From Phoronis australis (lineage: Eukaryota > Animalia > Phoronida), in the NCBI GenBank assembly GCA_002633005.1, contig NMRA01000368.1, positions 384,522 through 448,521 on the forward strand: a DNA stretch of 64,000 bases, read 5' to 3'. The notes below the pieces were generated by a model. That model had not been told where the DNA came from and ran no database searches. It saw only the letters and a list, made by a program, of their open reading frames with translations. Positions 38,001-50,384 of the stretch are shown here, piece after piece; the stretch's first letter is position 1; every line of letters starts with the position of its first letter. Both the position numbers and the translations under genes were made by a program.

Positions 38001-39330
38001 CACTTAATGATAAGTTTGCGCATGCGATCATAGTCATGTGACAAACAGCTGATTAATAAGATGGATGTTAACGGCAGATTATGTCTGATCGCACTTCGAA
38101 TCTGAGGTCGACAGCACAGTATATGGCAAGCCAATGAAGCAAGCAAATTTTCAAAAACAATTACATATAGTGTATTGGTGACGATCAGAAGCTGAGGACG
38201 CCTGTGTTCCTAGCTAGTGCAATTTAGAAAATATTTGAACGATACATTTATTACTAATTTTAAACAGTTAGGACTTACATCAATTGTCTCTTTAATCGGA
38301 CTGACTGCTGCCTGAACTCGCTTATTGAGACGTGCATTGCCTTGTGGGAGAAAAATCGACGAAGTGACGAGCAGCAAATAATGCAATTTTAGGCCCAATG
38401 ACATGTGAAACTTGTCTAAGAAAAAGTGAGAACACGAAACTGAAAGCGCTCAGAGATTTAGAAATCAAACACATAGGGGTCTTTTATAAAAAATGTCCTT
38501 TAAAGTAGCAATAGCGAACCCAAGAAGCAGGTTCATGTTATTTATGCCCATGATTGAAACCAAGCGAATCCTCTCTTGAAACGTCAGATACAACAAACTG
38601 CGGCCTATAGATTGCTGACATGTCATTCCATGAATTTCCATCATCAAAAAGTGCTGGAATCATCTTTAACAAATATATTTCCCTTCCTGGTAATGTCTTG
38701 CTGGTCATATATATATGCCTTGAATCAGCCCTGCCCCAGTTTGAAACTATAAATATTCTAAGCGTCGTCCACGTGTAGTGACATTGACTGCGAATTGCTT
38801 GCTGATGAAATATGTGACATGGTGGCAATGGGCTCTGCAAAAACGTCAAATAATGTGACGAAGATTAGTCTAATGTAGACTAAGGACGAGAGTAGAACCC
38901 GCAGCCTCCACTTGAAACTTCAGATGCATGCACTAGTGAAACTCAGTAGTAGCAGTATCTCACGGTGATAAAACATGTAAAACCGGTAAATATACGTGCA
39001 CATGCAATGCATCCAAAACGTCACAGGAAAATTGATCCTTGTGCCACTATCCTGAAGCCTCTCATTCTTTGTTTAAAGCGCTAGATCCAGTTGATGACGT
39101 CGGTTCATCATGCAGTACTTCCAGTGAGGAAAAAATCCTGGATCCGCCCCTGGTTATCGTACTCACTAACAACAGATTCTGTTCTGCATTCTGTGCCCGT
39201 TGCGTTCTCCTTTCTCTCTTTGGCGGTAGCGCAACTAGTGTAGACTACAACAAAATGGATTTCGACGAGACGGAGTTCTCGAGGTTAAGTCCGCCCCGGA
39301 CCCCAGGCCCATGTGTGCATGCGGCACGTA

Positions 39331-39697
39331 CCAAAATTTTCCGTATATAAGCCCATGAGCGTGTATTCGGAGAATGAAAATTTTCAGGCGTATTAGTAAC
39401 ACGAAATAAACGTCCTGGCGTTTATTCGGAAAAGGAGGGCGTGTCGTAGCTTTGATGACTTTGACATTTTTACTTAAAACTGTGTTGATAAATGCATAAT
39501 TTGCCAACACTTTGTTTGTTTTCATAAATGATAAAATTGCATTTGTAACAAAAAGTTGACCGGGAGTGTTTTTTGAAGGGGAAATAAACGAAAATATCTG
39601 CCCACTTGACACCAGCCGAAGTTGTAACACCAAATAAACGCCCATGTGCGATTATTCGGCATAATTTTCCAACTAAACGCCCATGGGCTTTTCATCA
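39331..39697 (-). mobile_element. Truncated inverted copy of the TA-flanked MITE at 49341-49770
   Basis: Colinear reverse-complement similarity over about 370 bp, e.g. GGCGTTTATTCGGAAAAGGAGG vs CCTCCTTTTCCGAATAAATGCC. Confidence 0.7.
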
Positions 39698-42600
39698 TAA
39701 CAACAAGAAAGCTCACGACGCTGAAAAACATTGGATAGAGTTGTGTAAAATGCGCATTTGTACGGAATAGGTGAATTATGTTCAGTCAAAATTAGAACCA
39801 ATACCGATGCGTCCTTTTTTAGCTTCGTGGAGAATAAAAAACATGTTGATTCATTTTCGTTACTTGTGTATTATTAGCCTTCAACGACTTACGTACATGT
39901 CCAACCATAATTGACAGATCACATTCACGGTATGCTACAAATAACACTGTAGATGGGGGCTCAATTTCTCACCTGGCCCCACCTACAAGGAAGTATCCAC
40001 ACCGTCACTGAGATATTATCTAGCTAAAACAATTCCTGAGATATTATCTATCTAGTACAATTCCTCATTACGTCAGTAGTGACACAGAATGGCTGCTGTT
40101 CTGGCCGTCTTCCCCACATCAGTCGATTAACTGGTTTCAAGCGTTAGTCCAAAACGAATCGCAAGTATGTACTAAAACACCGGACACTTACAGCGAAAAC
40201 TCTTAACTTGTGGTACGTAAACAATGAGTTTTGTCTCATAATTTAACATTCCAGTCTCGCCGCCCAATCACTTCAATAATGACAATTTTCAAAGCCCTCG
40301 TGCTGAAACGTGGTGTCCGTTATGGCGTATATTAATTTTGAATTGGAAGTCTCAATAGGTAAGGGTGAAGTTTCCATAGCCTTTTACGATTTACACCAAT
40401 GGGCAGTTGTGTTGTAAGTGGTCCCTTCGTCATTACTTTGCCAGGGGACTCAGATCCATAAAAACAACAAGACTGTCCTGGTGTGAGCCCTTCCTTTGTC
40501 AAGTCTCTTCCTCCAAACAGTTCATTAATGTAAAACTTCAACGTACACGAGGATGAGTCCTCACTGACTGGGACTTCTTCGAATTTGTCACTTGTCAGTT
40601 GAAAATTACTCCATGACTAACTGAGGGTAAAATCGTGCTTACCCCTGTTTACGTGCCTTCTTTTGTGCATCTTTTCAACAACTAAGAACACAAGACCTCG
40701 ACTGAAATTTACGATACTTGTTTGTTTAATTTTAGTCGGTGAACGCTGCATTTTTGGTTTCATGTATGGCCTTATAGACGAGTCTGTGTATTTAGTCCTA
40801 GCACTATTGCTCCCACATTTTGCCCAATATATACAAAAATATAAACAATTTCTGAAACGAAAGCCTGTAAAATTAGATTCTTGGATTTGCTATATATTGG
40901 GTCATGTAACCATGACTTTTTAGTAAAATTTACCAAAACAGAAAAGTACAATCATATAATTCAAAACAACTTATCAATAACAAGACCAAATTTCGTTTGA
41001 TATAAATATTCTAGATAAAATATGAAAATGTTGGTATAATTTTTCAAATCATCATTTCGTTTTCATTTTATGCGATTTATATTTTTTGTAAATATCATAA
41101 AAGTTCTTCTTTTTCTTCAGCGTTCTCGGCCATGTAGCTTAGATAGTCAGTCTAATCTTTTAGGCGAAGTCTGCAGTTCGCCGCAGTGATGCCGTCGGGC
41201 CCCACAGTTTTACCTTGAGTTCCACCGGACTGGGCCATGTCTGGCGCCTTATGGTATCGAACGTAGGGCAGCTCTGCAGTAAATGCTCAGGTGTCTGGGG
41301 GCCAGTGCCACAGGAGCACTCGTCTGTGTGAGAGATTTTCAGGAGATGCATTGGGGAGAGCAGTGGCAGTGGCCGGTTCTTCGCCTGAAGTGACTTGTTC
41401 CTGCCGGTCAAACTGTTGGGTATAGTCTTCTTCAGTCCCCAGACGTAGGCGTATCCTCCAGGCATTTCTAAAGTGACTTCGTAGGAGGGTTTTTACTTCT
41501 CCATATGATGATGGGTGCGACGTCTGCTCCAGTTTGCTTCCTGCCTTGGAGAGTCTGTCTGCTTCCTCGTTGCCGTTGATGCCGCATTGGGAGCGAATTC
41601 ATTGCAGCACAACAGTGGTTTTGAAAGTCTTAGAGCATTTTTAATGGTTGGTTGATTGAGGATAGCAGAGGTTGATGTTTCTGCTGAAGTGCCTTGATGA
41701 GGTGGTTTGGGCTTTGCCTCTTGATGCGGTTTTTGGTCAGGACTTGGGAGTTTGGACTGCAGTGGATGTGATGGAAGCCGCTTCATCTTTTCGCCCTGTC
41801 TCAGGAGTTTATCATTTCCTCTTTCTTCCAGTTAGCTTAAGCCTATCGTCTTCTCCATGGGGGTGGTCTTCATGCCTCCTGTAAGTAAGCACAGACCAGT
41901 ATACTGGACCATGGCTAAGTTGTCTGTGTTGGTTTTGGCAGCTGTAGACCATGCGTTAGAGGCGTACTCCACCTAGGGTCTGACAGATCCTGTGTAAACT
42001 TGGGTCAAGAACTTCATGTTTGCACCCCAACTGGTACCAGCAAGTTTCTTCGTCACAGCAATTTTCTTAGTGGCTTTGCTGCTCATGGCAGCAATGTAAG
42101 GGGACCAAGTAAGCCTCTTGTCCAGTTTAACCCCAGGGTAGGTTGGAGTTTCTTGGTGGGGAATATTCTGGCCTTCTAGCTGGAGCGAGAACTCTTCTTT
42201 TTTGGGAGAACGGGAAAAGCCCGTGGCCTCTGGTTTGGTCCTGTTGATCGTGACCATCCACTCTTTTGCCCAGTTTTGGATGATGTCCATGGCTTCCTGC
42301 ATTATGTAGGCTGCTGTGGTGATGTATTCTGCTTTTGTCCATACAGCCACGTAATCTGCATGGAGAGTCCTTGCGATGTGCATGGACAGGTGGTCAGCAA
42401 TATCATCAATGAAGACAACAAAGAGTGTCGGCGATATTATGCTGCCCTGGGGGTACTCCTTCCCTAGTCCTAATCAGCTTGCTTGTCTGTCCTTCCAGCT
42501 TTACTCGCGCAAATCTGTGGAATAGGTAACTGTTAATCCACGAATACATTTTGCCACATACTTATTTTTGGAGGAACTTGAGGAGCAAGCCTTCCTTCCA

Positions 42601-43264
42601 GACCTTGTTGAAGGCTTTTGTTAGGTCAACAAAGACGGCTAGTGTCTTCATTTTCTGTTGAAAGTGTGATATAGTCCTCTGTGCTTCTGTTCTTTCTGAA
42701 CCCTGACTGGGTGATGTTAATTAGCATGTTCTCTTCTAAGTGATATTGGAGGCGTTTCTTGACCATGCATTCCATGCGTTTGCCTGGACAGCTGAGAAGG
42801 CTGATGGGGCGATAGCTGCTCTTTCTGTGCCTGTCCTTCTCCTTCTTTAAGATTGGAATGATTATGGCTTCCTTCCAGCTGACTGGAAAAACCCCCATTC
42901 TCCAAGACTGGTTGTAAATGTCCAGAAGCTTCTGTTTGGAGAGACTGTCAAGGTGTTGAATCATCTCATTGCTGATGCCGTCCTTTCCGGGTGTCTTCTT
43001 GGTCATAAGTTGTCTGATGGAACTGTTCAATCCATGCATGGTGAAGTCGTTAGTCATGATGGCAGTTTGTTGTTCTTTTCTCTTTGTTGGTTCCTCTGTT
43101 TTCTCTGTTCGGACGTCTGCTGTTTTCTGCCTGGGAATGTCCAGGAGACTATCATCTCTAACATTCTCAGCAAGCAGGGATGCGGCTTTTCTCCCAGTGT
43201 AAGCCTTCCATTTTCTTTTAGGAACGTTGCTCTCGGGGTACATTGGTGGTCGTTGTTTAGGGTC

Positions 43265-43402
43265 TGTTGTGTTGCAAAGATAAAGACTGATAGCATAAAA
43301 GAGTACCTATTTACGAGGTCTCTTACCAGCGTGCTACCTTACAAAAGTCGTCCACACAGCAGTCCCCTAACGGGCAAGCCGGAAACTAATAGGCATACAA
43401 CA
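43265..43402 (-). repeat. Gypsy 3' LTR
   Basis: 138 bp; 3 substitutions relative to the other LTR; preceded by PPT on the minus strand. Confidence 0.95.
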
Positions 43403-43559
43403 TCTCCCTTATTGGGATCATGAACCCTTAACAACTATATAGAAGAAAATCTCTAAACAAGTATAAAAATAAAAGAATGTCACTCTGTCCCATTTATCAA
43501 GCGTTTGTCAAATCTTAACACTACAAGTATGTCTCACAGTTTTTCATCTAAACCACGAA

Positions 43560-46500
43560 TCATTGCTCAATCAATCTTTCTGGGGGTTTTGAGATCCTCC
43601 CCGATCTAGTTCTCACTACCGTGGCATGCTCTATATCTCGAGCAGGGTCATCGATGTCGCCATCGGTCTCACTATCGTGACCCTCCGCCTCATTCTGGTA
43701 CTCGTCCAAATCCAGATTAATCTTTTCCTGGTTCTCCTGTGGTGATGGCACGAGGAATCGTCGGTTTCTCCGAACCCTTCCTGTTGGTGTTTCAATCACA
43801 AACGATCCGTCAACATTCCTGTGTTTTACTGTTCCGAACTGTCTCAGAGATCTGTCCCATAACGTGTCATTTTCGTTTAGAGGTGGTAAGGTTCTGGCAC
43901 GGTGCCGGTGATCATATTGATCCTTTTCTTTCAACTTATTTTCCTGCTCAATTGTTGGCACCTTTTCCACATAGTCCCAACACGGTACGAAGTTTTTCGA
44001 ATTTTCCGGTAGTTTTGTGCGCAACTTTCTACCCATTAGACGCTCAGCCTGACTATAACCGTTTCTTATAGGTGTAGCGCGATAGCTAAGAATAGCTACA
44101 TAAGGGTCTTTTGAACCCGTTATTAAACGTTTCACCGTCTGAACCGCTCTTTCCGCCTCCCCGTTACTCTGGGGATACCGAGGGCTACTTGTTCGGTGGG
44201 TAAATCCGTATTCCGTTGCAAACCGATGAAATTCTGAACTAGCATATTGTCCTGCGTTATCTGACACAAATATCACTGGGATGCCATGGCGCGCAAAAAT
44301 TGAACGCAAATGTGTGATAACGCTCGTTGAAGTGCTACTATGCAATTTCGCAGTCTCAATAAACCTTGAGAAATAGTCGACAACCAACAGGTATTCATTC
44401 CCTTTGAAGTGAAATGTGCCAGATCCAAGTTTTTGCCATAGGTAATCAGGGAAGAGATCAATAACAAGCGGTTCTGCTTGGTCGGATCGATGCTGAATGC
44501 AATTCCTGCAATTTTTTACGACGCATTCAATCTCCTTTCCAATACCCGGCCACCATACAGAGTTCTTAGCGCGTTCGCGGCATTTCACAATCCCTTTGTG
44601 ACCCTCGTGGAGTTTTTCCAATATCTCCGCTCTCAAGATCGCGGGTATTATCAAACGATTTCCGCGGAAAAGTAAGCCATGACTAAATGTCATCTCATCC
44701 CGTAGTTGCCAAAATGGTCTGGTTGCAGAAGTAATGTTTGGACTTTCATATCCAGGCCAACCGTTTAAACAGTAATCAACAATCACTCGCAGTATCGAAT
44801 CTGACTCAATACCGAGTCGAATTTGTGATAAACGTTCCTCTGATGCAGGTAAGTGGTCAACTACTGCCTGAATGTATTGTTCCACTTCCTCATGCAACTC
44901 GGCATCAGATTCCTTTAGGGGTCCAGTTAATGGCGATCTAGAAAGTGCGTCCGCAGTATAAAGCGTCTTTCCCGGAACATGGCCAATATTGTACTCGAAG
45001 CGCATAAGCCTCATGCGAAACCTTTGTATACGAGGAGACAAGTCGGTGAGCGGTTTCGATCCAAGGAGTGAAACAAGAGGTTTGTGATCCGTTTCTATTT
45101 GGAACACTTTTCCAATCAAATACTCTGAGAATTGATCACAGGCCCAGGTTACTGCCAAAGACTCCTTTTCAATTTGCGCATATCTCTGTTCTGTTGCATT
45201 CATAGCTCGGGAGGCATACGCGACCGGAAGAAACCCTTCCTCACCGCTCCTTTTCTGCATAAGAACAGCCCCGAGACCAAAGGATGATGCGTCTGACGAG
45301 ACCACTGTTTCAGCACGCGGATCATACAACGAAAGCACCGGCGCTTGGCATATTTCACTTTTAAGACTTTCGAAAGTTCGCTTTTGATCCACATCCCAAA
45401 CCCATTCAGACTCTTTCTCTAACAACTCTCGAATAGGTTTGGACAAGTCCGCAATGTTTGGAGAAAACCTTCCCATTTGGTTTACCATTCCCAAAAATCT
45501 CCTCACTTCCGAAACATTGGAGGGCTCTGGCAAACTTTTAATTGCTTCCACCTTACGAGGGTCAGGTCTGACTCCGTTTGCGTCAATCACATGTCCTACG
45601 AATGTCATTTCGTTTTTCTCAAATTCACATTTTTCTTTGTTCAGAGTTATGCCAGCTTTCGTCAATTTGTGCAACACGAGATCAAGTCTCTCGTCATGCT
45701 CTTGTTTCGAGCTCCCGAATATCAAAATGTCATCCATTTGGCACACGACTCCTTCTATACGTTCCAGAAGTTCTGACATTCGTCATTGGAAATGTTCTGG
45801 CGTGGACGAAATGCCAAATGGTAATCTGTTAAAACACCAGCGTCCTTGGGGGGTAATAAACGTTGTTAACAATCGGGACGACTCCGATAACGGGATTTGC
45901 CAAAATCCGGAGTTAGCATCCATTTTCGAAAAAATCTGTGCCCCGCTTAGTTGCGCTAGTGTTTGAGCAGTGCTGGGCGTTTGGTGTCTTTCGCGCAAAA
46001 CCGATTTATTTAGCTGAGTAAGATCCTCGCACAAGCGATTTCTCCCGACGGTTTCGGTATCACTACGAGTGGCGCACACCACTGAGTTGGTTCATCAACA
46101 CGCGAAATTACCCCTAAGTTTTCCATTCGCTCTAGCTCCGCTCGCACCTTGTCCGTTAGTGGAAACGGGACTCTTCGCGGCGCAGACTGAGAAAACGGGA
46201 CAGCATCCTCCCGAAGCCTAATATGATATTCCGGTCCCTCCATTTTTCCAAGGCCAGAAAATAATTCAGGGTACTTTTCTTTGATCGCAACAGATCCAAG
46301 ACACTTAATAAACCCTAGTTCTTTGCTTGCGTCTCGACTAAGTAATGGTTGCACCAAGTCCTCCACCACATAGACTTTTGTACGAAACTCTCTTCCTTTT
46401 GCCCGGAGATTCGCGGTAAACATCCCTTTTGTGGCCATTTTGTTCCCGTTAGCACTATACAGTCGGCGATCCGACTTCTGCAGTTTTGGGCTCCCGACAT

Positions 46501-47370
46501 TGAGCCTGTCTTTCTCACTAATGGCCGTAACATCGGCTCCACAATCGCACTTAAAATAAACAGTTTTCCCGCCATAAGTTTCAACATTCACAAACCACGG
46601 TTCTGACGCGTGCGCAGAAACGACCCCAAGGAAACTTTTCTCCGGTTCCTTGTCGGATTGTACAGCGCTAAGAGCAGTGCTGTTAGCACATTTTCTGGCG
46701 AAGTGTCCTTTACGTTGGCACTTGTAGCATTTCACGTTCGTAGCCGGGCAACTTTTGCCATGCCTCCCACCGCACGACTTACACCACGGAATGTTTTGCT
46801 TTCGTAATTCATCGACTGCTGCGTCTGGAACCGGACGAACGACCGTTTGCTGTTTTCTAGCCGTCTCCTTTTGTCGGACTTGTCGGATACATTTTTCTAA
46901 TGTCAGCTCACTGTCCAATTGCAATTTTTCGGAGAGTTTATTGTCGCGAATTCCGACACTGACTATGCGATCCCGGATCATCTCGTCGCGCAACTGGCCA
47001 AACTCACAATGTTCCGATAACGCGTACAGCTCGGTGATGATATCTCTGCATGTTCCCCTTCGGCTTGATTACGCGCATTAAATTTCGCCCTTTCGAAAAT
47101 TACATTTCTTTTCAGCACAAAGTAACGCTCAAACGAATCCAGTACGCGATCATACGCCTTTCTTTCGTCGTCCGTTAGACCGAATGTTTTGAACATATCC
47201 TCGGCCTCTACCCCCAGACTATAAATCAACGCACTGACCTGCACAGTTTCTGGCTTTTCCGATAGCACCGACACCACTCGGAAGCGCTCAAATCTAATCC
47301 GCCATTTTGGCCAATCTTCCGGAGATTGAAAGTTCAAGTTTTCAGGTGGGTTTATTTGAAACGTGGCCAT
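43560..47370 (-). pseudogene. Gypsy gag-pol, broken into four ORF pieces
   Basis: ORFs 46978-47370, 46010-46993, 45783-46082, 43560-45779; frameshifts near 47040 and 46030 and an in-frame TGA at 45783-45785. Confidence 0.9.
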
Positions 47371-47430
47371 TTCTCTCTCAGTTTAATGCGTTTATGAGTT
47401 CTTAAATGTTCCAGTTAAATCCTGACACCA

Positions 47431-47568
47431 TGTTGTGTTGCAAAGATAAAGTCTGATAGCATAAAAGAGTATCTATTTACGAGGTCTCTTACCAGCGTGC
47501 TACCTTACAAAAGTCGTCCACACAGCCGTCCCCTAACGGGCAAGCCGGAAACTAATAGGCATACAACA
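47431..47568 (-). repeat. Gypsy 5' LTR
   Basis: 138 bp, directly followed on the minus strand by PBS TGGTGTCAGGA (tRNA-Leu-like 3' end). Confidence 0.95.
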
Positions 47569-49340
47569 GGGTCTTTGTAAGCTGCCAGAGTTTCCCTGTG
47601 TATTTCTCCATGTTTAGAGAGCTGGTCTTTTCGTGCCAGGACTTGCGGATTTCTGTTGTCTTTTCCTCATCAAATGCAGGTCTTGCTTGGTTGTAGATTG
47701 CTGTGTTTTCCGGGGTTGTCTTTTTCAAGTTGCTCTCTGGTTGATGTTACTTGGTCATAGAGACTTTGCAGGTGGTCACTCCAGTATGGTTTGTAGTCTC
47801 TTTGTCTTCTTCTTGGAATGCTCTGGCGGGCTGCCTGGAGGATGCAGTTGAAAATTCGCCTGACATTGATGATGATGTCTTGCTTTGAGTCAATGGTGGT
47901 TTTTCTGCCGAGAGCGTCTGTCAGTTTTTTACACTTCATCCTGTTTGCCTTTTTGTAGTTCCAGCTAGGCTGTTTTCTTGTGACGGAGGGTTGTTCTAGA
48001 AGTGAAAGCTTAAGTAGGACTGGTAGGTGGTCGCTCCCTCCTATATCTGGTTTGCGACAATCCTGTTGCATGTTTTCTGGATGTCCTCCGTGGCTATGGC
48101 AAGGTCTGGAGTGCTTGTCGTCTTCCAAGCTCGGGACAGGCAGGTTGGCTTATCGTCCGGCTTGTTGATTGGGATGAGACAGTTGTCAATCATAAAGTCT
48201 TCAATTTGTTCTCCTCTACTGTTCATGTCTTTATATCACCAGCTTGGTGAGGGACCATTAAAGTCACCTAAGATGAGTAGGTCTTGGTTTGACTAGGGGA
48301 GAGTGTGGAGTTGCAGGTCTTTGTCAGGTGGGCAGTAGCAGTTAATGATGATGATTTCTCTCCTTTGGAGTACAACTTTCACTGCGATGAATTCATTTTC
48401 TCCCACAGACCTCCTAATCCTATCGCTGGGATGATGTTCCGTACGAGGATGAGAATGCCTCCCTTAAAGCGGTTGATTCTGTCATGCTGGAAGAGCTCGT
48501 AACCTCTGATGAAGAAGCCATGAGCATCTGTAAGGTGTGTCTCCTGGATACAGATGATGTCCACTTGCTCTCTTCGGAGGAAATCTTGGAGCTCGGGTTT
48601 CTTCTTGCGAAGACCCTCAGCGTTCCACTGTGCGAACACAACCGGAGCAACTGATGTTTCCGACTGACTATGTTGACTTGCTAGCATTGAGCTTTGCTGC
48701 CTTCGGTTGACTCTTGGATTCGCCTCACCAGTCGCTAAAGGTGGGTCCTTTCGAGGCTGAGGACCCGGCGCTGTCACCGCCTGGCGAAGCACGGGACGAG
48801 CACCATACCGTCTAATATCCATTTGCATGGCCACGATGGGTAAAATGGGTGCATGTCTGTTTCTTTTCTGCAGGGTAGGTGGTACAGGTACACAAGGTTT
48901 CCCGCCGTCATTAGCCGACATGTTCCGTCTTCGTGGCAGCACATGGTTTTATTTCGGAGTGCCCTTCTCCTAGACTCATTGCCTTCCATGGCTGATGAGC
49001 CCAGTCTGCCCAGGTTTTGATGTAAGAGTTGTCCTTCTCGTAGGTGACAGGAGCAATGTTTTACAGGGTAAGGGAGTTGGCCTTACACCCAACCCTGGTG
49101 TGACCCTAGGGAGTGTTTGGGGTGAATTTCGTCTGATCTCTACCTTTCGACCTGCCCGGCATGGGAATCCTTGCCAGGTGTTTTAAACTTCCGCCGGTAA
49201 AGCTCTAGAGGTCACGAAGATATGCAAGCTGTTCCGCCACGACAAGGCATACACCCCAGGAACAGATAAAAGTTCAACTTTTGATAGTCACTCATGCAAA
49301 ACTATACTAACAAGTGCAAGGCAGCAGTGCATGAAGCATA

Positions 49341-49770
49341 TCGGGGTTTTCCGTAGATAAGCCCACCTGATGAAACGCCCATAGGCGTTTATTCGGAAAA
49401 CTATGCCAAATACACGCCCATGGACATTTATTTGGTGTTACAACTTGTGTGCAGACAGTGGAGCGTTTATTTGGAAATTTTCCTCTTAAAAGCCCACTCA
49501 GCGTTAAATTTTTGCCACAAATTCAGTTTTTTGGAGCATTTATCATCTATAAAACCAAACAAGACGTTAGCGAACTATGCATTTATTAGCCAAAAACCTA
49601 AAGACGCAGGTTTAAGTAAAAAAGTGTCAAGTCAAGCAAAATTATGGCTCTCCGTTAAAAGCCTCCTTTTCCGAATAAATGCCCGGGCGCTAATTTGTGT
49701 GTTACTAAAACGCCTGAAAATTTTTATTTTCCTAATGTACGGCCATTGGCCTATCTACGGAAATTCCCGG
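49341..49770 (+). mobile_element. 430-bp MITE flanked by TA (Tc1/mariner/pogo-like)
   Basis: TA|TCGGGGTTTTCCGTAGATAAGCCCA ... TGGCCTATCTACGGAAATTCCCGG|TA; internal repeats of AATAAACGCCC. Confidence 0.75.
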
Positions 49771-50384
49771 TAGTATCTGAAACTTTCTTATGCCTCCCAT
49801 GAGCCATTTCTGAAACATGATGTTCCGAACAAAATTAAAGTGAAATTGCATTCAAATATGTAAAATTTTCGAGTACATCCATGAAACTGGCAAAATTATG
49901 CTCTTAATGGATATTTTTCAATTTCATTAAATTTCAGAAATTTGTACCTGGCGACTGAGGCTGAAACAGTGAATCGTCGTGCAGATGCTCAAGGAAATAA
50001 CTGTTCCGAGAACTGGCCTAGGCCTAAATGTTCCTGTATTCGAATGAAACACCTCATGATTTTCTAATCGGAAACTTTCAATTTTACAAGAAAATGCATT
50101 ATTTCGTACTGATATGTTTATAGTTGACCCTATCGCATCATGCGACGGCAACAATTACTTCACAAAGACTGTAAGAGCTACAGACAAGGATACAAACCAA
50201 AGGTACTGAAAAATGATAAATATGACCTAAGTACAACAATGAAGGACAATAGATATACTGCTCTACTTGCAGTGCTGGGTGGAAACAAGGAGTGTAATAC
50301 ACTAAGCATACACTTTTGTCTATAATCTATGGTGGAAGCAAAGACGTTCGTTACATCTATGGCGGAAGTAGGCCTGTCATCAAA

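Larger units (their letters stand above)
43265..47568 (-). mobile_element. Ty3/Gypsy LTR retrotransposon (Mag-like, short LTRs), structurally complete but coding-defective
   Basis: 138-bp LTRs TGTTGT...ACAACA; TSD GGGTC (43260-43264, 47569-47573); PBS TGGTGTCAGGA; PPT AAGGGAGA; domain order gag-CCHC, protease (DCGA), RT (QMDD), RNase H (DAS, ETDHKPL), integrase (H-H-CxxC, VVDYFS, SDN, SNGEAER). Confidence 0.96.
41107..49265 (-). mobile_element. Full-length decayed non-LTR retrotransposon (APE-RT-RNase H-CCHC; Ingi/I-group-like), interrupted by a Gypsy element
   Basis: APE motifs QWNAEGL/IICIQETHL/GSDHLPV; RT KTPGKDGISNEMI, SYRPISLLSC, HADY; RNase H remnant CGINGNEEADRLSK near 41550-41600; CSCG..QTPEHLLQSCP knuckle; (GAA)n-like tail at 41107; TSD ATAAAAGTTC at 41097-41106 and 49266-49275; many stops and frameshifts. 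Confidence 0.9.

Noticed and set aside
38436-38446. ISRE-like GAAACTGAAAG
   Set aside because: Single short match expected by chance in 64 kb of AT-rich DNA, with no linked gene.
45439-46807. Plus-strand ORFs overlapping Gypsy pol, and minus-strand ORFs overlapping the TRIM gene
   Set aside because: Antisense shadows of real coding sequence with no recognisable domains.
48700-48790. Possible 2A ribosome-skipping peptide upstream of the LINE endonuclease (APGP, GEANPRV)
   Set aside because: Does not match the DxExNPGP consensus.
48990-49030. CTGATGAG hammerhead core on the plus strand near the LINE 5' end
   Set aside because: No stem II followed by GAAA; it is the antisense of a stem in the LINE leader.
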